Shown in pieces: positions 21,720 through 32,518 of a stretch of DNA of 64,000 nucleotides. The notes below the pieces were generated by a model that was not told the DNA's origin, did no database searches, and saw only the letters and a program-made list of their open reading frames with translations. Positions within the stretch are counted from its first letter, which is position 1. Every line of letters starts with the position of its first letter. The position numbers and the translations under genes were made by a program. The DNA comes from Methanobacterium sp. BRmetb2 (GTDB lineage: Archaea; Methanobacteriota; Methanobacteria; Methanobacteriales; Methanobacteriaceae). Location: assembly GCA_003491285.1 (NCBI GenBank), contig CP022705.1:809042-873041 (forward strand), written 5' to 3'.

Positions 21720-23077
21720 GATGATACCTCAAATTCCCTTTCAAATAACACTGCTCTGGCAGGACATGCATTAGAACATGCTCCACAATATGTGCATTTA
21801 GAGTCATCCACTACTAATCTTCCATCTTCTGTCTCAGAAATAGCTCCTTCTGGACATATTTTTTCACATAATTTACATTGCATGCACAATTTATCTTCAA
21901 TTAAAGTAAATCCGTCTTTTATTGATTTTTTACGCATAGTAGTTTTTGGAATTGCATCCACAGGGCAGTGTATACCACATTTCTCACATAATACGCATTT
22001 TTCAAGATCAACATCAATTGTTCCTCTTTTTAATGTTATGGCATCTTTAGGACATAACTCTGCACAAATTCCGCAAGATATACAATCTTCAGATACAGTT
22101 CCATCCCATGTTACATTTTTAAAGCTTCTTGCTTCGTTTACATCACAAGCCTTTACACATTTTCCACAAGAAACGCAGAAACCTTTAATTTTTTGATTAG
22201 GATCATCAGATAATTTTAGGGTGCCGACTGGACATACTTCCAAACACTCCATGGACTCACATTCTTCACAAAGGGTTGGATCATATCTTAATTTACCATC
22301 AACCATTTTAAGCGCCCCTTTTCCACATGCCTCAGCACATAAACCACAATTTAAGCAAGAAACAATAGTACCCTCAATTTCTTCTGAAGGTTCGGGTTTT
22401 CTAATTTTCACCTCAAAATCATCTATATAAATGGCTTTGTTTGGACATTCTTTCAAACATTTAAGGCATAAAGTACATTTTTCAGGGTCTATAGTTGTAT
22501 CTGATATTGCATCAGCTGGACAAACATCCTCACATACCCCACATTCTGTACATTTACCCTCTAAATTAACATTAACTTGTATTGCCTCAGTAGGACAGTA
22601 ATATTCACAGCGCTTGCAAAGTGTGCATTTTTCAGTGTCTGTGACCACATTAACCCTTTCTGATTTTTCATCCTCTTTTTTAGATCTCTCTTTGGGAGGG
22701 ATGGTGAGATTTAATGATTCTAAGAACTGTATTTGCCTGTCTTCTATGACATCATAAGCATCTAATCTTGCGTTGATAGGACAGGCATCTACACATATAC
22801 CGCACCGAGAACAAATTCCTTTGACTGTACCTTCTTCAATTTTTATACTGTTAACTGGACAGGTAAGTTCACATACACCGCAGGCATTACATTTAGCCCT
22901 GTCAACAACATATCCGCCATATTTATTCCTAAAAATGGCCCGGTTAGGACAGGCTTCTGCACATGCACCACAAGTGATGCAACTGAAAGCTTTACCCTCA
23001 ATGATTCTGATTGCTTCTGTAGGGCACTCCTTAACACATTCTCCAATGCCCTCACATTTTTTTGTTGATAAAAACAT
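21716..23077 (-). CDS. ehbK: Polyferredoxin with 14 [4Fe-4S] motifs
   Basis: Fourteen CxxCxxCxxxC(P) clusters were counted in 453 aa. This matches the 14-cluster EhbK rather than the 6- and 10-cluster Eha polyferredoxins. Confidence 0.8.
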   Translation of the reverse strand: MFLSTKKCEGIGECVKECPTEAIRIIEGKAFSCITCGACAEACPNRAIFRNKYGGYVVDRAKCNACGVCELTCPVNSIKIEEGTVKGICSRCGICVDACPINARLDAYDVIEDRQIQFLESLNLTIPPKERSKKEDEKSERVNVVTDTEKCTLCKRCEYYCPTEAIQVNVNLEGKCTECGVCEDVCPADAISDTTIDPEKCTLCLKCLKECPNKAIYIDDFEVKIRKPEPSEEIEGTIVSCLNCGLCAEACGKGALKMVDGKLRYDPTLCEECESMECLEVCPVGTLKLSDDPNQKIKGFCVSCGKCVKACDVNEARSFKNVTWDGTVSEDCISCGICAELCPKDAITLKRGTIDVDLEKCVLCEKCGIHCPVDAIPKTTMRKKSIKDGFTLIEDKLCMQCKLCEKICPEGAISETEDGRLVVDDSKCTYCGACSNACPARAVLFEREFEVSS

Positions 23078-23148
23078 GATACTTGCCTTCCATTCAGTTG
23101 ATTTGACTATATTATCAATTTATTTATCTATATCTGATTAATCTGATT

Positions 23149-23394
23149 TTATCTTCCTAAAATTATTTTACCTGCAAATATTCCTATAATTGCAGCAACA
23201 AACCCTGTAGCAATTGGTATACCTTGATAAAATGGAAATGGACCTAACTCATATGCCATTAAAATGGCTACGATCAAAACTACCAGGAATGACCCTAAGG
23301 TAAATTTTATTTTACTATCTGGTTCTGTTTTAATTCTGCTTCCAAGTATGAAGCCTAGTATGAAACCAAAAAGTGGTGGACCTATGTAAAACAT
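23149..23394 (-). CDS. ehbJ: Ehb small membrane subunit
   Basis: 81-aa hydrophobic protein. Assigned by position in the operon. Confidence 0.5.
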   Translation of the reverse strand: MFYIGPPLFGFILGFILGSRIKTEPDSKIKFTLGSFLVVLIVAILMAYELGPFPFYQGIPIATGFVAAIIGIFAGKIILGR

Positions 23395-23396
23395 TT

Positions 23397-23840
23397 TTAA
23401 CTCTCCAAGAATGTTATTACCACTGCGCTTAAACCTACCATAACTTTTATTCCAACTAGGATGTTTAGGTAGGGTATAATTCCCGCATGAATCGGGTCAG
23501 GATAATCAAATAAATTCATTATAAATGGAGGTACAGTGCTGTAAAGATCTACTCCAACATTGTAAAGGAAAAATCCAGTGAAAACTAGACCTACCAATCC
23601 CAGTATGATAAATCCTAATGCTCCTACACTTTCCATTCCTGCCAAAAAGTTGTGTGAGAATTTAAAGGGATTTTCACGTAAACCATATACAACAGCACAG
23701 AATATGAAGGCACCTGCTATCATAGCACCTCCCTGAAATCCTCCCCCAGGAGTTATGTGGCCTCCCAGTATGGTTAAAATTCCCAAACACATGATTAGCA
23801 TTGCTGCAGGAAATACGAATATTTTAAGAATGGTACTCAT
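23397..23840 (-). CDS. ehbI: Ehb membrane subunit
   Basis: 147-aa polytopic membrane protein. Assigned by position. Confidence 0.5.
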   Translation of the reverse strand: MSTILKIFVFPAAMLIMCLGILTILGGHITPGGGFQGGAMIAGAFIFCAVVYGLRENPFKFSHNFLAGMESVGALGFIILGLVGLVFTGFFLYNVGVDLYSTVPPFIMNLFDYPDPIHAGIIPYLNILVGIKVMVGLSAVVITFLES

Positions 23841-24119
23841 CTATTTTCCTCCCAACTCAACTTTTCCTCTTCCAAATATCAGTAAAGTTACAACAACCGC
23901 AGTTACAAGTATTAAAGCTTCACCTAAAGTATCGTATGCTCTCCAATCAAACACAACCACAGTAACCATGTTGGGAGCTATACTTGGACCTACATAATTG
24001 TATAAATAACTGATTCCAGGATAAATTAATGGTTTAAATCCATATATGGCCTGGAATAATGTAACACCAAATACAGCAAGAGCTATTCCTGCTATTAAAT
24101 TTCTTAATCCATCAGACAT
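23841..24119 (-). CDS. ehbH: Ehb membrane subunit
   Basis: 92 aa, hydrophobic. The stop abuts the next start. Confidence 0.5.
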   Translation of the reverse strand: MSDGLRNLIAGIALAVFGVTLFQAIYGFKPLIYPGISYLYNYVGPSIAPNMVTVVVFDWRAYDTLGEALILVTAVVVTLLIFGRGKVELGGK

Positions 24120-24465
24120 TTAAATTCCCCCAGTAGAAAAGGGTTATTATTATACCTAGAGCCACAATAACATAGAATATCATGCTATTAAATGAATCGT
24201 TCTGTTCTCGCTTTAGACGAGGCATTAAAGGTATGGTAGTTAAAGCTATCACAAATACTGCTACTACTATCACTATCATTAGTATAGTATTCACTAATCT
24301 TAACATGACCAGAGCAATTAAAAGGGAGGATATCAAAGTTATTTCTGCTGCCAAAGTTGATGAAGCAGATATATTAGTTAATGGCTCATTTTCTTCAGTT
24401 TTTGTTTGAATTTCTCTAATTCTTTTTAATATAAGATCGTAGATATTCATAGGATCCCTCTTCAT
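24112..24465 (-). CDS. ehbG: Ehb membrane subunit
   Basis: 117 aa. Overlaps its neighbours by 8 nt (ehbH) and 4 nt (ehbF), suggesting translational coupling. Confidence 0.5.
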   Translation of the reverse strand: MKRDPMNIYDLILKRIREIQTKTEENEPLTNISASSTLAAEITLISSLLIALVMLRLVNTILMIVIVVAVFVIALTTIPLMPRLKREQNDSFNSMIFYVIVALGIIITLFYWGNLNV

Positions 24466-25958
24466 ATTACCAGACTATTTGCTAACCCCTGCAAGTAACC
24501 AGTCGCTATTTGTGGGAAAAGCCCTAAAATTATACATACGGCCAATAAAACCAGCATAGATATTATGGTGGCTTTAGGTATTTTATTATCATTTATTTCT
24601 AGTTCTGCAGGTTTAGGTCGCATGAATATAGTATAAAATGCCTTCATAAAGGTCATAAATGTTACAATACTTATTAATATCATTATTATACCTAATTCGG
24701 GTAATCCTGCGTTAATTGAAGCTTGTATTAGTTGTAACTTACTTTGGAATGCATTTAAAGGTGGAACTCCTGCCATTGCAAAACCTGCTAATAAAACCAG
24801 CAGCGCTGCTTTAGGATTTTCAATCATCAAACCACCAAGTTTTCTGGTGTCACTGATGCCGGTTTTATATAACACCGTTCCGAAGCCTATGAACAGGAAA
24901 GCAGTTATAACTGCCTCGTTTATTGCCTGAAATAATCCTGCAGTAATTCCAAAGGCAGTCCCCAAACCCAGACCAATTCCAATGTATCCCAGCTCTCCAA
25001 CAGCTAGGTAACCAATGATTCTCTTGAAATCATTTTGCATTAATGCCATGGTTATACCCAGTATCATAGCCAGTAATGATATGACAATTATAGCTACCTG
25101 GGCAAAGGGAAGGTATGAGAATATTCTAAGGATAATAATTCCCAGCGCTACGAAGGTGAAAACCGAAAATGCTTGAAGTAATGCCGCACCATGGGGCAAA
25201 GCTTTACTGTAAACTGCTGATTTAATAGTGTGGAATGGTGGCAATCCTGACCCATATAACCATCCGAATACTATCAAACCACACGCCATCAATAATACAG
25301 GATTTTGAGGATTTACAACTCCATTTTTTAGTGAATAAATAATGTCAGTAATATTCACATTACCTGTTAACCCTAAAAGTAGAGCTATTCCTAAAAGTAG
25401 TAACGGAGCCGCAATACTACCTAAAATCATGTATTTTAGCGCAGTTTCATAATTATTCTTCACTTTGGAGGCTACAATAATTCCCACCTGAGTTATGGCT
25501 GCAATTTCAAAGAAAACATATAAATTAAATATGTCATCAGTTAAGAGAATGGCACTTACTGCCGCAGTTCCCATGAACATTAAGAAAGCGTAAACTCCCG
25601 AAGATTTTTTGGTTTCGTTTAAAGATGTGAAAATTGCCAGAAGCGCAATTAAACCCAATATAAACAACATGATTTTTTGTGCGCTATCGAAACTATAGGT
25701 TATTGCAGGGTGGAATACATTCAAAGCCGAGCTGGTTATAAATGCCGGTAAATTCTGGGCAATAGCTGGATTTTCAGCTAGAGGTGCGTATCCACCAAAG
25801 AAATAAGTACCATAACTCGCAATTAAGGGTATTATCGGTATGGTTAACGCTACTAAGACTGCTAATATTTTAATTGTTTTATCCTTTTTGTGCAGTAGAT
25901 TTAGAAGCAGAGCACATGCAATTGGAAGTATGACCATTATGGGAATCAATGGATTCAT
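24462..25958 (-). CDS. ehbF: Ehb large antiporter-like membrane subunit (NuoL/MnhD family)
   Basis: 498-aa protein with about 14 TM helices, typical of the complex I antiporter-like module. Confidence 0.7.
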   Translation of the reverse strand: MNPLIPIMVILPIACALLLNLLHKKDKTIKILAVLVALTIPIIPLIASYGTYFFGGYAPLAENPAIAQNLPAFITSSALNVFHPAITYSFDSAQKIMLFILGLIALLAIFTSLNETKKSSGVYAFLMFMGTAAVSAILLTDDIFNLYVFFEIAAITQVGIIVASKVKNNYETALKYMILGSIAAPLLLLGIALLLGLTGNVNITDIIYSLKNGVVNPQNPVLLMACGLIVFGWLYGSGLPPFHTIKSAVYSKALPHGAALLQAFSVFTFVALGIIILRIFSYLPFAQVAIIVISLLAMILGITMALMQNDFKRIIGYLAVGELGYIGIGLGLGTAFGITAGLFQAINEAVITAFLFIGFGTVLYKTGISDTRKLGGLMIENPKAALLVLLAGFAMAGVPPLNAFQSKLQLIQASINAGLPELGIIMILISIVTFMTFMKAFYTIFMRPKPAELEINDNKIPKATIISMLVLLAVCIILGLFPQIATGYLQGLANSLVI

Positions 25959-26045
25959 AATACTCCCCCCATATAAACCTTCAAAAGATACATAGTTCGG
26001 TTTAGAGGTGTTATAGTTGTGTAAATTGAATTAACATTCATTTTA

Positions 26046-26417
26046 TTACTCTCCATCATCTCTCAGAACCTTAGATGCACTTATAGTTCCGTGCTTTTTG
26101 TATAATACAATTATTAATCCCAACATAACAGCAAGGGTACTGGCCCCAATAACAATACTAGTAAGTACTAATGCGAAAGGAAGAGGATAAGAAGCATTTT
26201 GTGCAAACCAGTTTACAGTCATGTCTGGAAGATAAATATAAACAATGCCTCCTGGTTTGTATCCAAGAGAAACTAAGAAAAGATTAACTCCATCACCTAT
26301 GAATGCTAATCCTATGATCTTTTTAATTAGATTATCTAAAAATCCTGCCGCAAAAATTCCTATTATTATCAAAGAAGCAGCAGTAAATAGTGATGCTAAT
26401 TGTGTATCAATGATCAT
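26046..26417 (-). CDS. ehbE: Ehb membrane subunit
   Basis: 123 aa, hydrophobic. Confidence 0.5.
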   Translation of the reverse strand: MIIDTQLASLFTAASLIIIGIFAAGFLDNLIKKIIGLAFIGDGVNLFLVSLGYKPGGIVYIYLPDMTVNWFAQNASYPLPFALVLTSIVIGASTLAVMLGLIIVLYKKHGTISASKVLRDDGE

Positions 26418-26418
26418 T

Positions 26419-26652
26419 TTATTCCTCCATCCTGCGGGTTTTGTAAACCGCTAAAGCAAAAAATACTGGTATGATTGCTGTTCCAACTATGGCTTGTGTT
26501 AGAGCAACGTCTGGCGCCAGCAGATATTGATATAAAAAGGCGATTGATGCACCAGGAATACCAGTTAATATAGCTGCTTTTAGAAGATCTCTCTGTATTA
26601 GAGCAAGTATCGCCCCAGCAATGGTTAGTATCATAAGAATGTATTCAATCAT
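26419..26652 (-). CDS. ehbD: Ehb small membrane subunit (start trimmed to internal ATG)
   Basis: The track ORF 26419-26769 overlaps the upstream gene by 120 nt. The ATG at 26650-26652 (MIEYILMIL) overlaps the upstream stop by 4 nt (ATGA). Confidence 0.45.
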   Translation of the reverse strand: MIEYILMILTIAGAILALIQRDLLKAAILTGIPGASIAFLYQYLLAPDVALTQAIVGTAIIPVFFALAVYKTRRMEE

Positions 26653-26930
26653 TTTGTTTCCTCCCCGTAATAGTATGCATTTGCTATTGCGTGGTTTGCA
26701 AATGGAGCAAGGATAAAGTAAGTAGCAGCTAAAAGTGGTTGACCTAGAACTAAAAGTGCCAGTATACATGCCACATCAGCTATCCCTAAAATATGAACCC
26801 GAGCATATAACACTCTTTGTAAATCATCTTTGTATCTTATAATTCCAATAGCTGAAAGCAAGACTAAAACAGATGAAATAAGTAATACTGCTGATTTTAT
26901 CAAGATTAGTATATCCATCACTTTAATCAT
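26649..26930 (-). CDS. ehbC: Ehb small membrane subunit
   Basis: 93 aa, hydrophobic. Confidence 0.45.
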   Translation of the reverse strand: MIKVMDILILIKSAVLLISSVLVLLSAIGIIRYKDDLQRVLYARVHILGIADVACILALLVLGQPLLAATYFILAPFANHAIANAYYYGEETK

Positions 26931-27184
26931 CCTCGCAAAACTTTTGAAAATGCTATGGTTCCCACTGGCCCCAATATTACCAGTGCGTAGGCTATTTCCT
27001 TACAGAAACCAATGTTATACATATTTTGAACTAAAATTAATATGGTGGCAACAGCTATGCTCAATCCAGTCACTCCTACCAAACCCATGGCAATTGTTTT
27101 TCTGGTCGCAATTCTAATGGTTGCGATTGCAAAGATGGTAAGCGATGCCAGAAGAATATATTCAGATAATAATAGTAAATCCAT
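26927..27184 (-). CDS. ehbB: Ehb small membrane subunit
   Basis: 85 aa, hydrophobic. Overlaps ehbC by 4 nt. Confidence 0.45.
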   Translation of the reverse strand: MDLLLLSEYILLASLTIFAIATIRIATRKTIAMGLVGVTGLSIAVATILILVQNMYNIGFCKEIAYALVILGPVGTIAFSKVLRG

Positions 27185-27260
27185 TTTAACAGTCCTCAGT
27201 TTGTAATATTGATAGTTATCTTTTTGCGTTTTTAAAGTTTATTAATCGATTTTTCATTAT

Positions 27261-27626
27261 TTATTCTAACATACCCTTTATATAAGATTCAAACGGAATT
27301 ATATCACTTTTTTCTTTTGGAACGATTGTTGCAACTTTTATTATTTGGTTTTCAGAATCCAGATCAATAGAAAGAGTTCCAGGCGTTAAAGTAATACTAT
27401 TAGCAAGAATAGTCTGAGAAACTGGTCTTTTGAGTTCTGTTTGGATTTCTACTACAACCGGTTCTACTTTACCAGTTACAGTTCTGGAAGCCACATCTAC
27501 TGTTGCTTTTAAGATTTCGAATACCAATACAATGAAATAAACGATACCATAAAATATTCTTGTTATAAACATGGATTTAACCCCTTTTTTGTATTTGATA
27601 TAAATATTATCAGGAAATATTAGCAT
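27261..27626 (-). CDS. ehbA: First gene of the ehb operon
   Basis: 121 aa with one N-terminal TM helix. A 250-bp AT-rich non-coding region with a TTATAAAAG TATA-like element lies upstream. Confidence 0.45.
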   Translation of the reverse strand: MLIFPDNIYIKYKKGVKSMFITRIFYGIVYFIVLVFEILKATVDVASRTVTGKVEPVVVEIQTELKRPVSQTILANSITLTPGTLSIDLDSENQIIKVATIVPKEKSDIIPFESYIKGMLE

Positions 27627-27876
27627 GACAAATCATAAACAACTTTTATAACTTATTAACTGTTTTTAAAGCTATTTTGTTATTACCATGATAATTACAA
27701 TTCATCATTATAAAACATGACATATATAAAGATAACTAAAAAAATTTTCCATCAGTTGACAAGTTCAAAATAATATTGCTAAAGGAACATCAATGATGCC
27801 AGAAAATTACTTGGAAATATCATATAAATAAAATCTCTACAAGTACAGACCATAAAAATAATAAAAAAAGGGTTAA

Positions 27877-28239
27877 CTAGTCGCTTCCACTAATTAATCC
27901 ACCTATAGCTCCACCAACACCCATAAACACTATGTTCAGAATTAGTGCAACGATAATTATACCTACACCTGCTACAAAAGTTGCTGCAAAGCCGGCTAAA
28001 CCACCGAATATTGTTCCTCCAACAATTAGTAATATTGCCAATAATATAGATCCAAATGCTCCAGCAACAGTAGCATTCCATAAACCCCCTAAAAGGCCTT
28101 CATGCACCCAGTAACCCACAATTAATCCTGCAATAAACAAACCCAGATTGGAACCCCAATAAGGATTTATATAAACTCCGATATTGCCTAATATTATTGC
28201 TAAAATAAAACCTACAATAACTGGCCCCCATTTAACCAT
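27877..28239 (-). CDS. Glycine-rich small membrane protein
   Basis: 120 aa, GxxxG-rich TM helices. Confidence 0.4.
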   Translation of the reverse strand: MVKWGPVIVGFILAIILGNIGVYINPYWGSNLGLFIAGLIVGYWVHEGLLGGLWNATVAGAFGSILLAILLIVGGTIFGGLAGFAATFVAGVGIIIVALILNIVFMGVGGAIGGLISGSD

Positions 28240-28474
28240 AGAAAATCTCCTCCTAATAATTTTATAGAATTAATTATCTATTTAAAAATATTTAAATCTA
28301 ATCAAAAAGGTATCTTATGTAATATTGATTTGATAATATGAGACTTCAAAGATCAAACAAAATTTTTTTCAAAAAAGGTAGAAAAAATAATAGCTACTGC
28401 TAAAATTTTTTAAATCAACATTTTAAAGCTTTTATTGTTATATTATAAAAATAAATCAATATTTATCAAATTAA

Positions 28475-29158
28475 TCAATAAAGAATAACTTTTAAGTACG
28501 TGTATAATCTAATAAACACAAAAATTCCCCATATAACCAGAAACAGTACCCCATATTTCTTTTTACATTTCCTGGAGGATAATGGTCTGAATAGTTCCAA
28601 ACCCTTAGGAGTTAAAAGATCTAGTGTTAAATGACTTATAAACCCTAAAAACAGAGCTAAAAATGTTCCATACAACGTGATATTTGCAACTGGCAAAAAA
28701 TAAATTCCAAGAACAGCCAGAATAATGTATATAGGCATTATTCGTTTATTTAAGCTTAGAACTCCGATAAATACTGCTATAATCATCAAAGTAATTTTAT
28801 TATCCACATTGAAATCTTTTAATAAAAAATAGGCACCCAAAACAAAAGCTGTCAATAAAATGGATAAAACAAATATTCCAAACAAAGAATGTGTAAAACC
28901 CCGGTGTTTAGAAAAATAAAGTATTAAAACTATTAAAACCAATAAAATACCTATTAAAAATGGTAATTTCAACATGTACAATATTAAGGATAGAAGTAAA
29001 CCCACTATCAATATTATATTACGGTTTTTTCTTTTTATGTTATGATCTATATCTATAATTGATGTTCCAACAACTGCCAGTGCCAGTAAAAATACTTCTT
29101 GAAAAAAGGGTATGGTAAACAAAAGGGAAAACAATACATGTTTTTTATATGAAGACAC
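28475..29158 (-). CDS. Membrane-bound metal-dependent hydrolase (YdjM/DUF457-like)
   Basis: IDIDH ... GFTHSLFG ... HLTLDLLTP are His/Asp motifs embedded in TM helices. Confidence 0.5.
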   Translation of the reverse strand: MSSYKKHVLFSLLFTIPFFQEVFLLALAVVGTSIIDIDHNIKRKNRNIILIVGLLLSLILYMLKLPFLIGILLVLIVLILYFSKHRGFTHSLFGIFVLSILLTAFVLGAYFLLKDFNVDNKITLMIIAVFIGVLSLNKRIMPIYIILAVLGIYFLPVANITLYGTFLALFLGFISHLTLDLLTPKGLELFRPLSSRKCKKKYGVLFLVIWGIFVFIRLYTYLKVILY

Positions 29159-29175
29159 ACAAACACCTCTTTTCG

Positions 29176-29919
29176 TTATCTAATCATGTTAAAATAATTT
29201 AAAAATGACATCATCTGATTATAAGATTTTTTAGGAGATCCTGGATCAACCACACCATTTTCAGAAACTACTTCACAGGTTACTGCAGGAATTCCAGCTA
29301 GATTACATTCATCTTCAAAAGCCCCTTTATAATACAAACCTGCATTTTTGTAAAATATAAGCTCTGAAGGAGTGTTTTCACTGATGTGTTGGGCTATTTT
29401 AAAACTTTTTATACAAGGTTTCTTGGAACAGAAAACACTCTGTCTTCCAGGGTTACTTCTAAGTTTGGTGGAATGAAAATCTGCCACCGCATCAATTTTC
29501 AACATTTTAATTATCTTAAGCAAATTATTAGAAAGACATCCGGCTTTTGCAGCCGCTCTATTCATATCAGTTCCATTGAATCTCCTAGAATTTTCCATTG
29601 TAGCATAGGGAATTGCAAATGGGATCACATATAATGTTCCTCTTAAATTACAATTCAAAACTTTATTTATAATATTCAAAGAAGCAATTTGTGGAGGTAA
29701 TTCATCTCCATGAATTCCTGCCGTGATCATTAACTTAGGGCTTTTTTTACCAAGTTTAATTAATGTTGTACCTTTGCTGGCTTTTTTAATTATTGTCTCA
29801 TTTAAATCCGTTTTAGGAATATTTTTCATTAATACATCATTTTTTTCAACTTTTCCCCCAGTTTCATAGGATATTATATTAAATTCGACATTAATATTAT
29901 TCAAATTACTAAAAATCAT
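29176..29919 (-). CDS. Succinylglutamate desuccinylase / aspartoacylase family zinc hydrolase
   Basis: ITAGIHGDELPPQ matches the GxHGxE zinc-binding motif of the AstE/AspA family. Confidence 0.6.
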   Translation of the reverse strand: MIFSNLNNINVEFNIISYETGGKVEKNDVLMKNIPKTDLNETIIKKASKGTTLIKLGKKSPKLMITAGIHGDELPPQIASLNIINKVLNCNLRGTLYVIPFAIPYATMENSRRFNGTDMNRAAAKAGCLSNNLLKIIKMLKIDAVADFHSTKLRSNPGRQSVFCSKKPCIKSFKIAQHISENTPSELIFYKNAGLYYKGAFEDECNLAGIPAVTCEVVSENGVVDPGSPKKSYNQMMSFLNYFNMIR

Positions 29920-30061
29920 TACCTACACCACAATAAAGATACTGGAAAATATTTATTAGTATATATTACTTAAATTACTTAATTAATATCTTAGATGCAA
30001 TTTTATATAAACATAATATCAAAAAAATTGATTAATATTAATATATTGTAATGGTGATTAG

Positions 30062-31243
30062 ATGGAAAAAGTGGTTCTAGCTTTCAGTGGTGGTTTAGAT
30101 ACTTCAGTATGCATAAAATTACTAGAAGAAAAATATGACATGGATGTAATAACAGCTTGTGTAGACGTAGGACAACCTAGAGAAGAAATAGACCGACCCG
30201 CCTCTGTAGCGGATAAAGTAGGTAGCCTGAAACATTATACTATAGATGCCCAAGAAGAATTCGCAGAAGACTTCATATTCAAAGCCATAAAAGCCAATGC
30301 TCTTTACGAAGGATATTCTCTATCTACAGCATTAGCCAGACCACTCATCGCCATGAAAATTGTTGAACTTGCAAGAAGGGAAGGAGCGACTGCAATCGCC
30401 CATGGCTGTACTGGTAAAGGAAATGACCAGTTCCGTTTTGAGTCTGTTATACGGTCAATGTCAGAATGTAAGGTAATAGCACCGATACGCGACTTGAATC
30501 TCACCAGAACTGAAGAAATGGAATATGCCCAATCATGCGGAATACCTCTACCTTCAGATAAACAGCACAGTATCGATGAAAATATCTGGGGACGAGCCAT
30601 TGAAGGAGACGTGCTGGAAGACCCTATGGTAGAACCGCCTGAAGATGTATTCAGCTGGACTCGCTCCATTAAGGATGCTCCAAACACAGCACTTGATCTG
30701 TCCATAGAATTTAAAAATGGAGTTCCAACATCCATTGATGATAAAAAGATGTTTCCATTGGATATAATAGCTAAATGTAACGAAATCGCAGGTATGCACG
30801 GTATTGGAAGGATTGATATCATTGAAGATCGAATCATTGGCCTTAAATCACGGGAAATTTATGAAACACCTGCAGCAATACTACTTATAACTGCCCATAA
30901 AGCTTTAGAACAGTTAGTTTTGACTCGAGAAGAATTAAAATTTGCTGAAACGGCTAGTACCACTTATTCCGAGCTCATATATGATGGGATGTGGCATGAA
31001 CCGCTGCGTGAGGATCTAGACAGTCTCTTTAATAAAATGCAAAAAAGAGTAACTGGAAAGGTTAACCTGAAATTACACAAAGGAAGTATGAGAGTTACAG
31101 GTAGAAAGTCACCCTACAGCTTATACCAGGAAGATATTGTATCTTTTGAGGACAAGGCCCTTGATCAACGGGAAATTGCAGGTATGGTGAAACATTATGG
31201 TATTCAGGCAGCAGCTTACAACAAAATCTGCAAAAAACAATAA
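30062..31243 (+). CDS. argG: Argininosuccinate synthase
   Basis: [15 protein letters not shown]-loop, with the ATP and citrulline signature regions conserved. 393 aa. Confidence 0.9.
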   Translation: MEKVVLAFSGGLDTSVCIKLLEEKYDMDVITACVDVGQPREEIDRPASVADKVGSLKHYTIDAQEEFAEDFIFKAIKANALYEGYSLSTALARPLIAMKIVELARREGATAIAHGCTGKGNDQFRFESVIRSMSECKVIAPIRDLNLTRTEEMEYAQSCGIPLPSDKQHSIDENIWGRAIEGDVLEDPMVEPPEDVFSWTRSIKDAPNTALDLSIEFKNGVPTSIDDKKMFPLDIIAKCNEIAGMHGIGRIDIIEDRIIGLKSREIYETPAAILLITAHKALEQLVLTREELKFAETASTTYSELIYDGMWHEPLREDLDSLFNKMQKRVTGKVNLKLHKGSMRVTGRKSPYSLYQEDIVSFEDKALDQREIAGMVKHYGIQAAAYNKICKKQ

Positions 31244-31287
31244 AGTCTGCAAAGGATGATTAAAGATCACCAGAGGTTTTTAAAACG

Positions 31288-31545
31288 ATTTCAATCGGTT
31301 TAATAGTACTAGGTATTATAATAATTATTCTAATAATACTAGGTATTGGAATACTGGCAAAAGCCCTTAAACTAGGCGTAAAAATAATTTTACACATTAT
31401 ACTGGGATGGGTATTACTATTCTTGGTAAATCTTCTTCCATTTGTAGATATACCCGTAAATATATTGACTATACTCATCGCTGGATTTGGTGGAGTAATA
31501 GGAGTAATCTTTCTATTGATAATCCAAGTTCTAGGGTTATTCTAA
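31288..31545 (+). CDS. BofA-like small integral membrane protein (start unresolved)
   Basis: The frame encodes IVLGIIIIILIILGIGILAKALKLGVKIILHIILGWVLLFLVNLLPFVDIPVNILTILIAGFGGVIGVIFLLIIQ, resembling the BofA family. It has no in-frame ATG, GTG or TTG after the upstream stop. An ATG ORF (MIKDHQRFLKRFQSV*) sits in another frame just 5' of it. Confidence 0.35.
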   Translation: MSIGLIVLGIIIIILIILGIGILAKALKLGVKIILHIILGWVLLFLVNLLPFVDIPVNILTILIAGFGGVIGVIFLLIIQVLGLF

Positions 31546-31607
31546 AAAATTAAAAGTTTTATTTTATAAAACTTTTTCATTTCCAAAGTCATTAAACATG
31601 TTCCTTA

Positions 31608-32393
31608 CTATTTTTTATTTTCGTCTACACTACCTAACTCAGATCCCAGGAAGTCTTTAATATCACGAATACTGTTCAATAACTGAGCAGGGAACACTAT
31701 GGTTGAATTTTTTTCTGCAGCAATGTTACTCAATACCTGCATAATTCGAAGCTGTAGTGCCACTGGATGTTCAGTTATTATGTCTGCTGCTTCTCCTAAT
31801 TTACCTGCAGCAAGATATTCACCTTCAGCAGATATAATTTTAGCTCTTTTCTCTCTTTCAGCCTCTGCTTGCAATGCAATCGCTCTTTGCATACTTTCAG
31901 GAAGTTTAATATCCTTTATTTCTACCGTGGTGACTTTGATTCCCCATGGCTCACTGTGTCCATCAATAATCTCCTGAATTTTCTGGTTAACTTTAGGTGT
32001 ATCTGAAAGGACTTCATCTAAAGTAAACTGACCTACCACACTTCTTACTGTGGTTTGAGATATCTGGTTAACTGCCCGATCATAATTCTCAATTTCCACC
32101 ACTGCCTTGTATGCATCAATCACTTTAAAGTAAGCCACTGCAGCTACATCAATAGTTACATTATCCTGAGTAATTATCTTCTGGGCAGGAATAGGCATGG
32201 TAACAATTCTCAAAGACGGCTTGACCATTCTATCCACTAAAGGTATTATAATACGAAGTCCAGGGTCTCTAACTCCTATAACCCTTCCTAACCTGAAAAC
32301 AACCCCTCTCTCATACTGGTTCACTATTCTTATGGATAGACCTAAAATAATCAACACAACAATGATTATTATTAAAATGGTAATCCAATCCAT
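31608..32393 (-). CDS. SPFH / band-7 (stomatin-prohibitin) family protein
   Basis: N-terminal TM helix, then the SPFH core ([10 protein letters not shown]..., [10 protein letters not shown]). Confidence 0.8.
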   Translation of the reverse strand: MDWITILIIIIVVLIILGLSIRIVNQYERGVVFRLGRVIGVRDPGLRIIIPLVDRMVKPSLRIVTMPIPAQKIITQDNVTIDVAAVAYFKVIDAYKAVVEIENYDRAVNQISQTTVRSVVGQFTLDEVLSDTPKVNQKIQEIIDGHSEPWGIKVTTVEIKDIKLPESMQRAIALQAEAEREKRAKIISAEGEYLAAGKLGEAADIITEHPVALQLRIMQVLSNIAAEKNSTIVFPAQLLNSIRDIKDFLGSELGSVDENKK

Positions 32394-32518
32394 TGATATA
32401 ACCTCCCTTTTAAGTTTTTTTACAGTATCATTTATGAAATTGAAAGTTAATTAAATTGTTCATCAAATAAGATGATTAATTAAAAAATGATAAAAAAAGA
32501 CTTGAATTTAATATGAGA

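Noticed and set aside
21716-23077. Possible nucleotide-level tandem repeats from the 14 CxxCxxCxxxCP units
   Set aside because: The periodicity is at the protein level only. Codons differ, so there is no DNA repeat element.
21792-23141. Several 69-134-aa plus-strand ORFs inside the polyferredoxin gene
   Set aside because: They are antisense to ehbK. Their His/Ser-rich translations arise from the complement of the Cys codons, so they are not genes.
26419-26769. 116-aa version of the ehbD ORF starting at 26769
   Set aside because: It overlaps ehbC by 120 nt in another frame. The internal ATG at 26652 gives a 4-nt ATGA overlap typical of this operon, so the long form was trimmed.
31260-31478. 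72-aa minus-strand ORF from the track
   Set aside because: The opposite strand encodes a much more convincing BofA-like membrane protein. The minus-strand translation is low-complexity.
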